Notes: generated by a model not told the origin, from the letters alone. Shown: positions 21,258-32,588, numbered from the stretch's first letter. The stretch is DNA of 64,000 bases from an uncultured Phycisphaerales bacterium (GCA_963755915.1 CAVWLP010000002.1:3840001-3904000), one strand, 5' to 3'. Program-made: numbers and translations.

Positions 21258-22091
21258 TTAACTTCCGCTCGGCCGAAGCACCACGCGGACGACAGACTCG
21301 GCCGCGGCTTTGCACGCCGCGTGGAGGGCCTGCGTGTCCCGATACGGCCCCGCCGGAACGCGCCGGGCTGCCACATCCACCTCAATCGTCGGCGAATTGA
21401 ACGGCCAGGGATAAAGCTGCATGCCTCCCTCCCCATCCGGCGAAATCCGGGCAGAGATCGCATCCAACCCCGGCCGGGGATAGACCATTTCAATCCGCCG
21501 AAAATCGGCTCGTTGAAGCAGAGGTTGAGGCTCACCTGGTCCAAAAGCTCCAGCAGGAAAAAATTGGCTCGCAGCAGGTCCTCCTCCGGCGAACGCCCCG
21601 GCTCCGCCAGCCCGCCCCGTAGCGGCTGATCCGTCCGCATCTGCAACTTGCCTCGAAGCTGCTCTTGAATCTCGATCTGCCGATGCACAAACCGCCGGAT
21701 GCGAAATGTTTTCTGCCGGCTCACTTCATCCTGATGCTCGACTTCGTGCGCTGCCGCCCGATTGGCCAGGGCCATCGTGTGCAGGCTCACCAGCATCCCG
21801 GCATAGGGGTCGCGGGCGATGACCTGATCGACGGATTGCCCCCAGGCGTCCAGGGCGGTCAGAATGTCCGCTTCGAAAACATGCTCCGGATAACCGTGAA
21901 CATTGAGCTGCGGCCTGGAATCCTCCGCCTGCCAGCCGCAATCGTGCTGGGAGATGCCGAGAATCACTGATTCGAAGGGGGACGGGGGCGAAAAGAGCGT
22001 TTCCGACGCGGCGAGCAAGCTCGCCGGCTAAACGGGCATGGTCGTCCTGCCGGATGAGTAAAAGCTGTTTTCCGTCCTGCCGCCGGATCAT
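21258..22091 (-). CDS. DUF3891 family protein (frameshifted)
   Basis: MIRR...LIRQDDHARLAGELA, HDCGW, PYAGMLVSLH, LDQVSLNLC and PWPF motifs spread over three frames. Confidence 0.75.
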
Positions 22092-22175
22092 CTGTGTGAC
22101 AGCATAGCCTAAAGCAATTGAATCGGTGTACCTGTTCTTAGTCGGTTCCCCTGTTTTTTCGATCACCCCTGGAAT

Positions 22176-22647
22176 TTGACCAGCGCGACACTTTTCTAAT
22201 GCGTTGGGCAAAGAGGTGCTCGCTGAAAGGCGAAATTCAAATGCAATGCAGGAGGGGCGAGGGGACACCATATAAGGCCCCAAAAGATAAGGCCCCAAAA
22301 GTTTTCCCCTCGCCCCTCCCGCACCCACCCCACTCCCCTTCCTTTTCCCCTCAACGCTCCCCCAGAAATGCAATGCATCGCAACCACTGCGTAATTGTGT
22401 GGCCGAAGGACCACGTGGACGCACAGCGCCGATTCTTGCAGAAATATGTCGGCATTCCGGATTTGGGATTGGACGGTTAGGGGAAGTCGGAAAGTGGAGG
22501 AGGGGTGCGGGGAGGAGGCGAAAACCGCTTGGGGCGCCCATGCAACTCATCTCGCGGGGTGTTCGCCTCCTCCCCGCATTGAGTTCGCATTTGCCTCTAA
22601 AAAGGTTGCCGCTTTGGGGTCAAAAACAGAGAGTTTCGCGCGTCCAA
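22176..22647. mobile_element. Foldback MITE-like element copy 3 (inverted orientation)
   Basis: Same arms (TGCAATGCAGGAGGGGCGAGGGG...CCCCTCGCCCCTCCCGCACCCACCCCACTCCC...TTTTCCCCTCAACG); intact IS target GGACGGTTAGGGGAA at 22471-22485. Confidence 0.75.
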
Positions 22648-22876
22648 GTGCTCCCGGGGGATGGGGTGTGGGGGCCGATCCGCGAACGAACCATGTGCGC
22701 GTAATGAATTTTTCCCCTGCAAATTACTGGAAAATCTTCTTAGGGCGGGTTACATAGATATTGGATTCAGACCGGAGCGGCCAAGGATGGCGCGATTCAT
22801 TTCCACCTTTTCCGATACATCTGCCGATAAACGGGGTGGTCCGTCTAATCATATTTGGCCAATGACGAAGGGAATC

Positions 22877-23638
22877 ATGCGCACTTTTGGAATCGCCCGG
22901 CAATGCTTCTGTCTGGCACTGTTTTTGGCAATGGGGGCGGGTCTTCTCAGCGGCTGCCAGATGGAGAGTGCCGATGCTGACTTGCCGCCGGTCAATTTAA
23001 ATCCCCCCGCGGTTGCCCAGGCTGCGCCTCTGCCCCCGGTGGTGGCGATGCCGCCGCCGGTCTATTCCGCGCCCGCCCCGGCGGCGGTTCGTGAAATACC
23101 CGCGCCGGCGTACTCTTCGGCCGTCCCGGCAGGCTGGATTCCACCGGTGGCGCCGCGGCACTGGACCTGGATCATCATCCACCACAGCGACAGCGCCTAC
23201 GGCTCGGCCGCCATCATCGACCAATGGCACCGCGCCCGCGGATTTGACGAGCTTGGCTATCACTTCGTCATCGGCAACGGAACAAACAGCGGCGATGGCC
23301 AGATCGAAGTCGGCCCACGCTGGACCAAGCAAAAATGGGGCGCTCACGACAACGCCCTCGATAACCGCTACAACATTTATGGCATCGGCATCTGCCTGGT
23401 CGGCGATTTCAACAAAACCCACCCCACGCCGCGACAGATGCGGTCGCTGGTGAAGCTGGTGGCCTATCTCATGGAAACCTACAACATCCCCGCATCCCGA
23501 GTGCTGGGGCATGGGCAGACGAAGGTCACCGAATGCCCGGGGCGGAATCTGAATGTCGCATCGGTGCGCGAACAGGCCGAGCGGCTTGTCGCGGATGGGA
23601 ATATCGATTTCAATGCGAATTATGCAGACCAGCGGTGA
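22877..23638 (+). CDS. N-acetylmuramoyl-L-alanine amidase (Amidase_2/PGRP-like) lipoprotein
   Basis: LLSGC lipobox, Pro-rich linker; IIIHHS, GYHFVIGNG, GAH, IGICLVG and GH...TECPG motifs. Confidence 0.9.
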   Translation: MRTFGIARQCFCLALFLAMGAGLLSGCQMESADADLPPVNLNPPAVAQAAPLPPVVAMPPPVYSAPAPAAVREIPAPAYSSAVPAGWIPPVAPRHWTWIIIHHSDSAYGSAAIIDQWHRARGFDELGYHFVIGNGTNSGDGQIEVGPRWTKQKWGAHDNALDNRYNIYGIGICLVGDFNKTHPTPRQMRSLVKLVAYLMETYNIPASRVLGHGQTKVTECPGRNLNVASVREQAERLVADGNIDFNANYADQR

Positions 23639-23678
23639 ATCGCTTCTCCGTTGCCTCCTCAGTTGGAACTCCATAGCC

Positions 23679-23751
23679 GTATGGTGGGCGTATTCGCCCA
23701 CCGTTTGGTCTGCCGATCACCGAGAATGGTGGGCGAGTACACCCACCCTAC
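23679..23751. repeat. GTAG-type REP doublet (inverted pair)
   Basis: GTATGGTGGGCGTATTCGCCCACC ... GGTGGGCGAGTACACCCACCCTAC. Confidence 0.7.
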
Positions 23752-23776
23752 GTACTCACTCCTTCATTAATCAGCC

Positions 23777-25162
23777 ATGATCGAAAAAATATTCAAAGCT
23801 TACGACGTTCGCGCCACCTACCCCAATCCCTTGAACGAAGAAGCCGCCTGGAAGGTTGGTAATGCGACGGCCCAGTTCCTCAAGCTCAGCCGTAAAGGAA
23901 CCACCGAACGAGTGAAATTGGAAGACACACTGGTCGTCGGCCGCGACATGCGGCCGCATTCACCCGCGCTGGCCAACGCCCTCATCGACGGCATTCGCAG
24001 CGCCGGATTGAACGTGATCGACGTGGGCATGATCGACACCTCCTTCATCTATTTCGCCATCAACCACCTCGACGCCGTCGGCGGAATCCAGACGACCGCC
24101 TCCCACAACCCCGCCCAATACAACGGCTTCAAAATCAGCGGCCCCAAGGCGCAGCCCATCGGCGCCGCCAGCGGGTTGGACGACATCAAACGCATCGCAG
24201 CGGAACTGAAATCCACCCAATCTTCCCCCACCGGCAAAGTCCAGCAGCAGGACCTCTGGCCGCAGTACCGCAAACACGTGCTGAAATTTCTCGACCTCAA
24301 GCGCCCGCTGAAAGTCGTGATTGACGCCAGCAATGGCATGGCGGGAAAAATGGTCCCGGCGATTTTCGACGGGGTGCCCAACCTCAAAATCAGCCCGCTG
24401 CTTTTTGAAATCACCGGCAGTTTCGTCCATGAGCCCAACCCGCTGGTCGATCAGAACCTGGACATGCTCAAAACTCGCATCGCCGTCGAAAAGCCCGACC
24501 TCGGCGTCTGCTTCGACGGCGACGCCGACCGCTGCATTTTCGTCGACGAAAAACAAAAGACCATCGGCTGCGATATCGTGACGGCCCTCCTCGCCCGCGA
24601 TTTTCTGCAGATGCCCGAGAATAAGGGCTCGACGATTGTGTACGATCTGCGTTCCAGCCACGTCGTTCCGGACGAAGTGAAATCCGCCGGCGGCGTTCCG
24701 CGGCGCGACCGCGTCGGCCACGCCTTCATCAAGAAAACCCTGGCCGAAACCAAGGCGGTCTTCGGCGGCGAGCTCTCCGGGCACTTCTATTTCCGCGACA
24801 ATTTCTTCGCCGACAGCGGCGCCATCGCCTTCGCGCGATTGCTTTCGGTTCTTTCGGCGCAGTCCAAACCTCTTAGCGAATTGGTTGGCCCGCTTCATCG
24901 CTACGCGCAAACCGGCGAGATCAATTTTCAGGTGGAGGACAAGGACGGGAAAATCAAGGAGCTCGCCGAGGCGTACAAGAAGGGGCAGGTGGATTATCTG
25001 GATGGCATCACTGCCGACCTGGGCGATTGGTGGTTCAATGTTCGCAAAAGCAACACTGAGCCGCTGCTCCGCCTCAATCTTGAGGCGAAAACGCCGAAGC
25101 TCATGAACGACAAATTTGCCGAATTAAAAAAGCTCCTCGGCGAGCCGATTCACGGGCACTAA
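23777..25162 (+). CDS. Phosphomannomutase/phosphoglucomutase
   Basis: IFKAYDVR, TASHNP, FDGDADR, GGELSGH and RKSNTEP motifs. Confidence 0.95.
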   Translation: MIEKIFKAYDVRATYPNPLNEEAAWKVGNATAQFLKLSRKGTTERVKLEDTLVVGRDMRPHSPALANALIDGIRSAGLNVIDVGMIDTSFIYFAINHLDAVGGIQTTASHNPAQYNGFKISGPKAQPIGAASGLDDIKRIAAELKSTQSSPTGKVQQQDLWPQYRKHVLKFLDLKRPLKVVIDASNGMAGKMVPAIFDGVPNLKISPLLFEITGSFVHEPNPLVDQNLDMLKTRIAVEKPDLGVCFDGDADRCIFVDEKQKTIGCDIVTALLARDFLQMPENKGSTIVYDLRSSHVVPDEVKSAGGVPRRDRVGHAFIKKTLAETKAVFGGELSGHFYFRDNFFADSGAIAFARLLSVLSAQSKPLSELVGPLHRYAQTGEINFQVEDKDGKIKELAEAYKKGQVDYLDGITADLGDWWFNVRKSNTEPLLRLNLEAKTPKLMNDKFAELKKLLGEPIHGH

Positions 25163-25237
25163 TCGAAAACGATTTCTCACGTAGAGGCGCGGAGGCGCTG
25201 AGCTTGAGACCGGATTTCTCCGCGCCTTGCGCCTCTG

Positions 25238-27210
25238 GTGCGTCAGTGAAACCGGTTTTGTCTTGTGAACTGAAAGGAGTTCACCATGGAATGACCCGTT
25301 AGCCGTGTAGCCGCCCGGGCGTGACGACGGAGCAATCGGTCGCGCGAAGCCCCGGAAGGCGAAGGCGCGAGCCGTAGCGTTAAGCGAACCCAAACCAGCC
25401 TCGTTACGCCAATGGGAGTGGCCAACCCGTCAGAGAGGGCCAAGCCGGCGCGGACGATGAAGCAGCGGGTGCGAGCAATCGTCCGGCTCCTCGGGGTCGA
25501 TGGGGACGGCGCGTGCCGACAGACAAGATCGGGAACTGAGAGACCCCACGCATCGTTGTGCGGCTCGTTGGAAAGACATAACCAAGGGACGGGAAGCGTG
25601 GGGAGTCGGATGGGCTCATAGTAGCTGAGAAGCGGGGTAATGCCCGTGAGCGGAGGCGAAGCCTGCCGCGAGCCAAGGAGCCCTGACGGTATCGAGCGGA
25701 AGTAAGAAGAAGAGAGGCCCGCTTGCAGGGACAACCTGACAGTACGGATGATCCGACAGACTTGCCGGAGCACCTGAGGGTGAACTCCAGGGGTCTGCCG
25801 GGGAAAGTCTTTCTTCTGAGACAGAAGCTATACCTCAAAGCCAAGCGGGAACCGGGGTTTCGGTTTTACACCTTGTACGACCGGATCTGCCGGCGCGATG
25901 TTCTGGAAGCGGCGTGGGACCGGGTGTCCGCCAACGGCGGGGCGCCCGGCTTGGACGGGGTGAGCATCGAGAAGGTGCAAAACTCCGAGCACGGCGTCAG
26001 TGGATTCCTGAGCGAGATCGAAGAATCGCTCAAGACCCGCACCTACCGCCCGCAGCCGGTGAAGCGCGTGTACATTCCCAAAGCCAACGGCAAGCGGCGT
26101 CCATTGGGCATCCCCACGATCCGAGATCGCGTGGTGCAGATGGCGGTGCTGCTGCTCATCGAGCCGATCTTCGAGGCGGATTTCCTGGACTGTTCGTATG
26201 GATTCCGTCCCGGTCGCTCGGCTCACGATGCGCTGGAGGCGATCAAGCAAAACCTCCAGCAGGGCCGAAGGGAAGTGTATGACGCGGATTTGCAGTCGTA
26301 CTTCGACACGATTCCCCATGAGAAACTGATGGCGTGTGTCCAGAAGCGGATCACGGACGGAAGCGTGCTGAAGCTGATCCGGATGTGGCTGAAGGCGGTG
26401 ATCGTCGAAGAAGGCGAGAAGCCCGGCGATCCACCGAAAGTCACCCGGAGCAAACAGGGAACGCCGCAGGGCGGAGTGATCTCGCCGCTGCTGGCCAACC
26501 TATATCTGCACTGGTTTGATAAATTGTTCCACCGATCCGATGGCCCGCATCGCTGGGCGAACGCCCGGCTGATCCGGTACGCCGACGACTTTGTCATCAT
26601 GGCAAGGTATATAGGCCCTCAGATCAAGCAGTTCGTGGAACGCACGCTGCAAGGCCGGTTTGATCTGACGATCAACACCGACAAGACCCGCACGGTGAAG
26701 TTGAAAGAGCCGGGCGAAAGTCTGAACTTTCTCGGGTACAGGTTCCGGTACGACCGGAGCCTGCAAGGCGGGCCGGGGCGTTATCTGAACCTCTGTCCTT
26801 CGAGCAAGTCGATGCAGCGTGAGCGGGACAAATTGCGGGAGATGACCGGACCCGAAGCAGGCTTTGTGCCCATCCCGGCGTTGATCGTACAGATCAACGA
26901 GCACCTGAGAGGATGGGCCAACTACTTCGGCAAAGGCTATCCGCGCAAGGCGTTCCGTCAGATCAACCGATTTGTGCAGGAGCGACTGGAACGACACCTT
27001 AAACGTCGCAGCCAGCGTCCGTTCCGTGTGCGCGGAGCGAGGAGCTGGTACGAACAGTTGCAGCGTCTGGGCCTCATCAGCCTGCGACCTGTTCCGACCG
27101 TGAATGCTTGAGAAGAACAATACCGTGAGAGCCGGATGCGGGAAACCCGCTCGTCCGGTTCGAAGAGGGAGAGCTGAGCGGCAATCGGGTCGTTCAGTTC
27201 TCTACTCTAC
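25238..27210 (+). mobile_element. Group II intron (about 1.97 kb, complete)
   Basis: 5' GTGCG; domain V GAGCCGGATGCGGGAAACCCGCTCGTCCGGTTC (~27129-27161); domain VI ending CTCTAC; removing the intron restores a palindrome. Confidence 0.9.
25723..27111 (+). CDS. ltrA: Group II intron reverse transcriptase/maturase, no endonuclease domain
   Basis: [48 protein letters not shown] and LRGWANYF (X domain) motifs. Confidence 0.95.
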   Translation: MQGQPDSTDDPTDLPEHLRVNSRGLPGKVFLLRQKLYLKAKREPGFRFYTLYDRICRRDVLEAAWDRVSANGGAPGLDGVSIEKVQNSEHGVSGFLSEIEESLKTRTYRPQPVKRVYIPKANGKRRPLGIPTIRDRVVQMAVLLLIEPIFEADFLDCSYGFRPGRSAHDALEAIKQNLQQGRREVYDADLQSYFDTIPHEKLMACVQKRITDGSVLKLIRMWLKAVIVEEGEKPGDPPKVTRSKQGTPQGGVISPLLANLYLHWFDKLFHRSDGPHRWANARLIRYADDFVIMARYIGPQIKQFVERTLQGRFDLTINTDKTRTVKLKEPGESLNFLGYRFRYDRSLQGGPGRYLNLCPSSKSMQRERDKLREMTGPEAGFVPIPALIVQINEHLRGWANYFGKGYPRKAFRQINRFVQERLERHLKRRSQRPFRVRGARSWYEQLQRLGLISLRPVPTVNA

Positions 27211-27223
27211 CGTGAGATCCTCT

Positions 27224-28754
27224 TCATTCCGCAAAAGTGATGTCGGCAATTCGATGCTTGGCCATTCCGTAGAGATACAAATCCAGAAACGGCTTCTTCC
27301 CATCCCACGAATGCCAGATAACGATGCGCTGCCGGTCGGAGGTAACCGCGGCAATTTTATCCGCCACCGCCGCGACGATGCGCAGGCCCTGATACGGACT
27401 GGAATACTGCGTCAGCACCTCATCATCCGGCCCGACGCACAAAATTCCGCCCGTTTCCGTCGTCAGCAGAAGCCGCACATCCCCCAGCCACGGCAGCGCT
27501 GCTGCCGCCAGCACATTGCCGCTGCGCCGCTGGCTGCACGTGATTTCCCACGTTTCCACCGACCATGAGCATATCTGCCCATCCGCATGCGCCGTCAAAA
27601 TTCGCTGCTCTTGTGGGCAGATTGCTACGATCTCAGAATCGCCGCCATGCGGGATCGGCTGCAATCCACCCTCGTCGGATACCACGACCAACTGTTTCCC
27701 GCTGCTGAGAATCAATCGCTGCGAATCCAGCCGCACCAGGTTGCGCGGCGAAAATCCGGCAATATTCGAACCTGCCGGCCGAATCGCGACCTGCGGATTC
27801 TTCGGCTCATCGAGCCTCCAGCAGACCAATCCCGCCTCCCCATGCGCCGCCCATAGTTTCCCGCCCGAAACGAGCGCACTGTTAAACCCCAGTTGGCTCG
27901 TCGTCTGCGGATCGGCGAATTGCGCCGCATTTGCGACCGCCTCGTGATTCACCCGCAGAATTCCCGATCGGCATCCCAGCAGCAGATTCCGCTCTCCATC
28001 ACCACGAACACTTCGCACCGGGCCCAGGTTCGGAGGCACGTCAATCATCTCCGGCTGCGCCTCTTCCCCGTCGATGCAAATCAGATAATTCCCCGCCACC
28101 GCCCAGAGCTTTGCCTGCGATCTCTTCTGCGCCGAAGCCAGAACTACCGCCCGAAAGACATCGGCCTGATCCGCATCGCTCACCCGCCCCAGCACCTGCC
28201 CGGGCGAAAGCCGCGGGGCGGCGGAGCGAATCGATTCGAACTGCGCGAACAACTCCGCCGAGCGCTTGAGATAATCCATCTGGTCGGCCGCCCGGCGCTC
28301 GGCCGCCTGCCGCTTCATCTGCTCGATCTGCTGGCGGTTCAGCGTCGGACAATCCAGATCAACCTGCGCCGGCTGGATGACTTCAATTCCGCAGCCGAAC
28401 CCCACCCCACCCGCCGACTCCAGCACCGCATCGAGGAGCTTGCACTTCCATCCTCGGCCAGCAGCGCCCTGGCCTCCCAGCCGCCCGAGAATTTCCTCGC
28501 CGCGGCCAGAATCGCCGTGGCAAAATAGTCGATCACATCCCCCGAAGTCACCGCGGATTTCGTCCCCAGCAGCGCCTCCTCCAGCATCCGCAGCTCGTTC
28601 TCCTCAGGCAGCGCCCGCACCGTGGCCATGAAAGCGCCGCGCACGGTGTGACCATCGCTGGTCGTCAGCTCGCTCAATTCCCAGCGCAGCCGCTGCGCCC
28701 GGCGACCTGAATAACGGTTTGCGTCCGCTTGGCGAAAACATCGTCCCTGGCCAT
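27224..28754 (-). CDS. Hypothetical protein with beta-propeller-like C-terminus (frameshifted N-terminus)
   Basis: 400-aa ORF with repeated beta/WD-like motifs; upstream fragments in other frames. Confidence 0.55.
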
Positions 28755-28880
28755 GCCGAAATTCTAAGACAAATCGCCCGCCGATAAAAAGGTGATTGGG
28801 GCAAATAAATCGTGCGGTTTTTTATAATCTCGCGCCCTTTCTTGACGGCCCGGTGATCCGGGCATGAGAATCGCCCCACG

Positions 28881-30242
28881 ATGGCGAAATCGTCGCCTTT
28901 GCCCACCACCCCGCTGATTCTTGCGCTGCTCTGCGGCCTGGCCGCCTACTGCAACAGTTTCCACGGCCCATTCATTTTCGACGACGTCGACGCCATCGCC
29001 AATAACCTCAGCTTTCAGCCGTCGGCGACTCATTCCGGAACATCTTCCCCCACAACCCTCAGCGGGCGCCCGGTTCTCTGGCTCTCGTTTGAAATCGACA
29101 ACGCGCTGGGCGACCTGCACGTCGAAATTTACCACATTACCAATCTCCTGATTCACCTCGCCGCCGGCGCCGTCCTCTACGGAATCGTCGCTCGAACGCT
29201 TTTGCGCCTCGGCGACCAGTTCCACGATTCCGCCCATTGGCTCGCCGCTGCCGTCACCGCGATCTGGCTCGTCCATCCGCTGAACACCGAGGCCGTGACC
29301 TACACAATCCAGCGCGCCGAATCTCTCGCTGGACTGTTTTATCTCCTGGTCATCTACTGCCTGATTAGAAACTGGAGATTCGCCGCCATCGCAGCCTGCG
29401 CGCTGGGAATGGGCACAAAGGAAACCATGGTCACCGCCCCCGTCATGGCCCTCCTCTACGACCGCACGTTCCTTGCCGGCTCCTTCGCGTCCGCGTGGAA
29501 AACCCGGCGAACGATGTATATCGGCCTCGCCGCCACCTGGATCATCGTCATCATCGCCGCTGCGTCGGGATCCAGAAAAATGTCCGTCGGCAACATCAAC
29601 CCAATCGACTACGCAATGACCCAACTCGGCGTGATCTGGCACTACCTGCTCCTGACCTTCTGGCCCCACACCATAGTCCTGGATTATTACGATTGGCCAA
29701 TCACCGTCCGCGCTTCCGATATCACACCCGGCGGAATCATCGTCATTCTGCTCCTAATCCTCACCCTCCTCGCCCTTTGGCTGAAGCCGCGACTCGGTTT
29801 TCTCGGCGCCTGGTTCTTCCTGATCCTCGCCCCGACCTCCAGCGTAATCCCGATCTTCACCGAAGTTGCCGCAGAGCATCGCATGTACCTGCCCCTCATC
29901 TCGCCCATCGTCCTTGCAGTGGTAGGGGGGTGGACGATAATTTCCCGCCGTCCGGCAACCGCCTGGGCCGGTGGGGTGGGGTTCACGATCATTCTCGCCC
30001 TCCTTTCCGCCCGAACCTTCGTGCGCAACGCCCAGTACCAGGACCCGGAAATTCTCTGGCGTGATACCATCGCCGAGCGACCCTTGAATCCCCGCGCCCA
30101 TTTCAATCTCGGCTTCACCCTCATGACCGAAAACCGCCCCTCCGAAGCGGCCGTCGAATTCCAGAAGGCCCTTGCCCTCGAGCCTCATTATTACGCCGCG
30201 ATGCACTGGCTCTTTCTGATCGATTCCAGCCAGACAAAATGA
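28881..30242 (+). CDS. TMTC-like GT-C membrane glycosyltransferase with C-terminal TPR
   Basis: FIFDD, GRP, YHITNLLIH, VHPLNTEAVTY..QRAE, KE, AEHRMYLP and LWRD.....P.NPRAH motifs. Confidence 0.75.
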   Translation: MAKSSPLPTTPLILALLCGLAAYCNSFHGPFIFDDVDAIANNLSFQPSATHSGTSSPTTLSGRPVLWLSFEIDNALGDLHVEIYHITNLLIHLAAGAVLYGIVARTLLRLGDQFHDSAHWLAAAVTAIWLVHPLNTEAVTYTIQRAESLAGLFYLLVIYCLIRNWRFAAIAACALGMGTKETMVTAPVMALLYDRTFLAGSFASAWKTRRTMYIGLAATWIIVIIAAASGSRKMSVGNINPIDYAMTQLGVIWHYLLLTFWPHTIVLDYYDWPITVRASDITPGGIIVILLLILTLLALWLKPRLGFLGAWFFLILAPTSSVIPIFTEVAAEHRMYLPLISPIVLAVVGGWTIISRRPATAWAGGVGFTIILALLSARTFVRNAQYQDPEILWRDTIAERPLNPRAHFNLGFTLMTENRPSEAAVEFQKALALEPHYYAAMHWLFLIDSSQTK

Positions 30243-32014
30243 ATCCTCCCGCTCAAACCAATTCGCGCACCGCTGGATCGCTCCGTTGCTCGTGCTGATT
30301 CTCGGCGCCATCGCATACTGCAACAGCGAAAACGGGCCGTTTATTTTCGATGACATGGTGGCGATCGTGAAGAATCCACAGATTCGCAGCCTGAATCCTT
30401 TCCACACAAGGGCGCCCGGACCTTCGACAACGGCCGGTCGGCCGGTGCTGATCTTCTCATTCGCCGTGAATTACGCGATGGCAGAGTTGCACGTCCAAAT
30501 CTACCATCTGACCAACCTCCTCATTCACTTCCTGTGTGCACTGCTGATGTATGCAATCGTGCGGCGAACGCTGCTGCGAAAGCAAGTGTGGGGCGATCGG
30601 TTTGCCGGCGCCGAAACCTGGTTGGCCGCGGCCGCGGCGGGGCTCTGGGTGGTCCACCCCCTCAACACGCAGGCGGTCACCTACCTCGCCCAGCGGGCGG
30701 AATCCCTCGCCGGGCTGTTTGTTCTTCTCGTCCTCTATGCGGTAATTCGCGCCGCCGAGGGGTCGAAATGGTGGAGCGCCGCCGCGGTAATTTTCTGTGG
30801 ATTGGGGATGCTGACCAAAGAGACCGCCGCGGCAATGCCAATCCTGGCGCTGCTTTACGATCGCGCCTTCCTCGCCGGCTCATTCAAGGAAACCGCCAGA
30901 CTGCGCTGGAAGCTCTACGCCGGCCTCGCGGCGACCTGGCTGCTCATCCTCATTTCGCTTTCCACCGGACTTCGCGGCACGATGGTGGGATTTCATCTCG
31001 GCATTTCCGCCTCCGCCTACGCGCAAACTGAAACCAATGTCGTAGCGCATTATTTGAGACAGGCCTTTTGGCCTTCCGATTTGACGTTGGATTATTATGA
31101 CTGGCCGATCGCCTGGAATTGGCCGGACATTTCCTGGCGCGGGCGGATGGTGATGCTTGCCGTCATCGGGTGGCTTGCCGCGCTGCGATACAGACCCTGG
31201 CTTGGTTTTCTCGGCGGTTGGTTCTTTCTTATCCTCGCCCCCACGTCCAGCTTCCTGCCAATCAAAATGGAGGCGGCGGCGGAGCAGCGTATGTATCTCC
31301 CCCTGATGGCGGTTGTCTGTCTGGTCGTTGTCGGCGGATGGACGCTCGCCCGGCGCACTCGCTACCTGCGCGATCGCGGCGGGGGCGTACTTCTGTGCCG
31401 CCGCCGCGCTGATTTGGCTGACCATTCAGCGAAACGACCAGTACCAATCCGCCGTGGAAATCTGGACCGATACGGTTGCCAAGCGTCCGGCCAATCCCCG
31501 GGCGCGATTCAACCTTGGCGAATCGTACGCCCAGCAAAGCCTGGATTTTCCGCGCGGTTCTGCTGAGGAAATTGCCGCTGTCCGGGAGGCGACGGAGCAG
31601 TTCAAAATGGTCCTCGCGCTGGAGCCCCAGGATAGCGACGCGGTGTACGCGGTCGCGCAGTCCCTGGAACGGGCCGGGGATTTGGCCGGCACCGAGAAGG
31701 TTTACACCGATGCCATCGCCAGATACCCAGCAATCACTGCGAATCTGCTCGTCGAGCGGGGAAACCTGCGAGCCCGCAACCAGGATTGGCCCGGCGCCCG
31801 GCAGGATTTTCTCGATGCGACCAATGCCAGCCCGCGTGACGTGGAGCCGCATTATTTCCTGGGAGTGCTCTATCAGACCCTCGGCGAGCGAGCCGATGCG
31901 TTGAGCGAATTAAGGAAGGCCGCCGAAATCGATGCGAACTACAAAGACGTAACCGCGCGCCTTTCCGCCCTCAATTCTCCCGGCTCTCCGCCGGCGCCTG
32001 CGCCTCCGCATTGA
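30239..32014 (+). CDS. Second TMTC-like GT-C/TPR paralogue (frameshifts near 30270 and 31375)
   Basis: Same motif set; TPRs in ORF 31313-32014. Confidence 0.7.
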
Positions 32015-32573
32015 TATTCGACGCCGCCTTGATCTGCGCGATGATCGTCGCCACCCGCTGCGAATCGTATGTCGCGTGAAACGTCCCCTCCAGAAGCGAC
32101 GGCCCCAGCGGATCGACCAGCATCCCATGGCAGCACTGCTTCTTCATCCAGGCCTTGCGGATTCTCACCTCCGCCCCGTCCGCGACGCCTTTCACTTCCA
32201 CGAGCCCCGGCCCGCTATATTCCACCACCCCCGGCCCCGCCGGATTATTGCAGACAAAACACCACGAAACCGCCGCATTGGCGTTGCTCGGGCGGTCCGC
32301 CTTCACCCCCGCCATCGGCGACCAGAAAATCCGGATATGCACCAACTGCCGCGGCTCCGAATCGCTTACCAGGGCAATGTCCGAATCCCCCGACTCACTG
32401 TAAGCCACATAAGCCTGCGTGAAATTCTGCGTGAACTCATGCTTCTGATCTGAACTGAGCAAATGCAGATTCCCCTCGTCAGACGAGCACCCCACCAGCC
32501 CAATCAGCGCCACAGCCAGCAGAAGGTTTCGCACGATAGCAGTCCGAGAGTCAGCGAAGGATAAAAAAGACAA
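31971..32573 (-). CDS. Hypothetical lipoprotein
   Basis: LVGC lipobox. Confidence 0.55.
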   Translation of the reverse strand: MSFLSFADSRTAIVRNLLLAVALIGLVGCSSDEGNLHLLSSDQKHEFTQNFTQAYVAYSESGDSDIALVSDSEPRQLVHIRIFWSPMAGVKADRPSNANAAVSWCFVCNNPAGPGVVEYSGPGLVEVKGVADGAEVRIRKAWMKKQCCHGMLVDPLGPSLLEGTFHATYDSQRVATIIAQIKAASNINAEAQAPAESREN

Positions 32574-32588
32574 CAGGCTACTCCAGAT

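Noticed and set aside
17075-22647. CRISPR array or integron attC cassette array
   Set aside because: The repeats are long, inverted and kilobases apart; no cas or intI gene and no regular spacers
25723-27111. Retron, DGR or defence RT
   Set aside because: Has the maturase X domain and flanking intron boundaries with domains V and VI; no TR/VR pair or msr-msd seen
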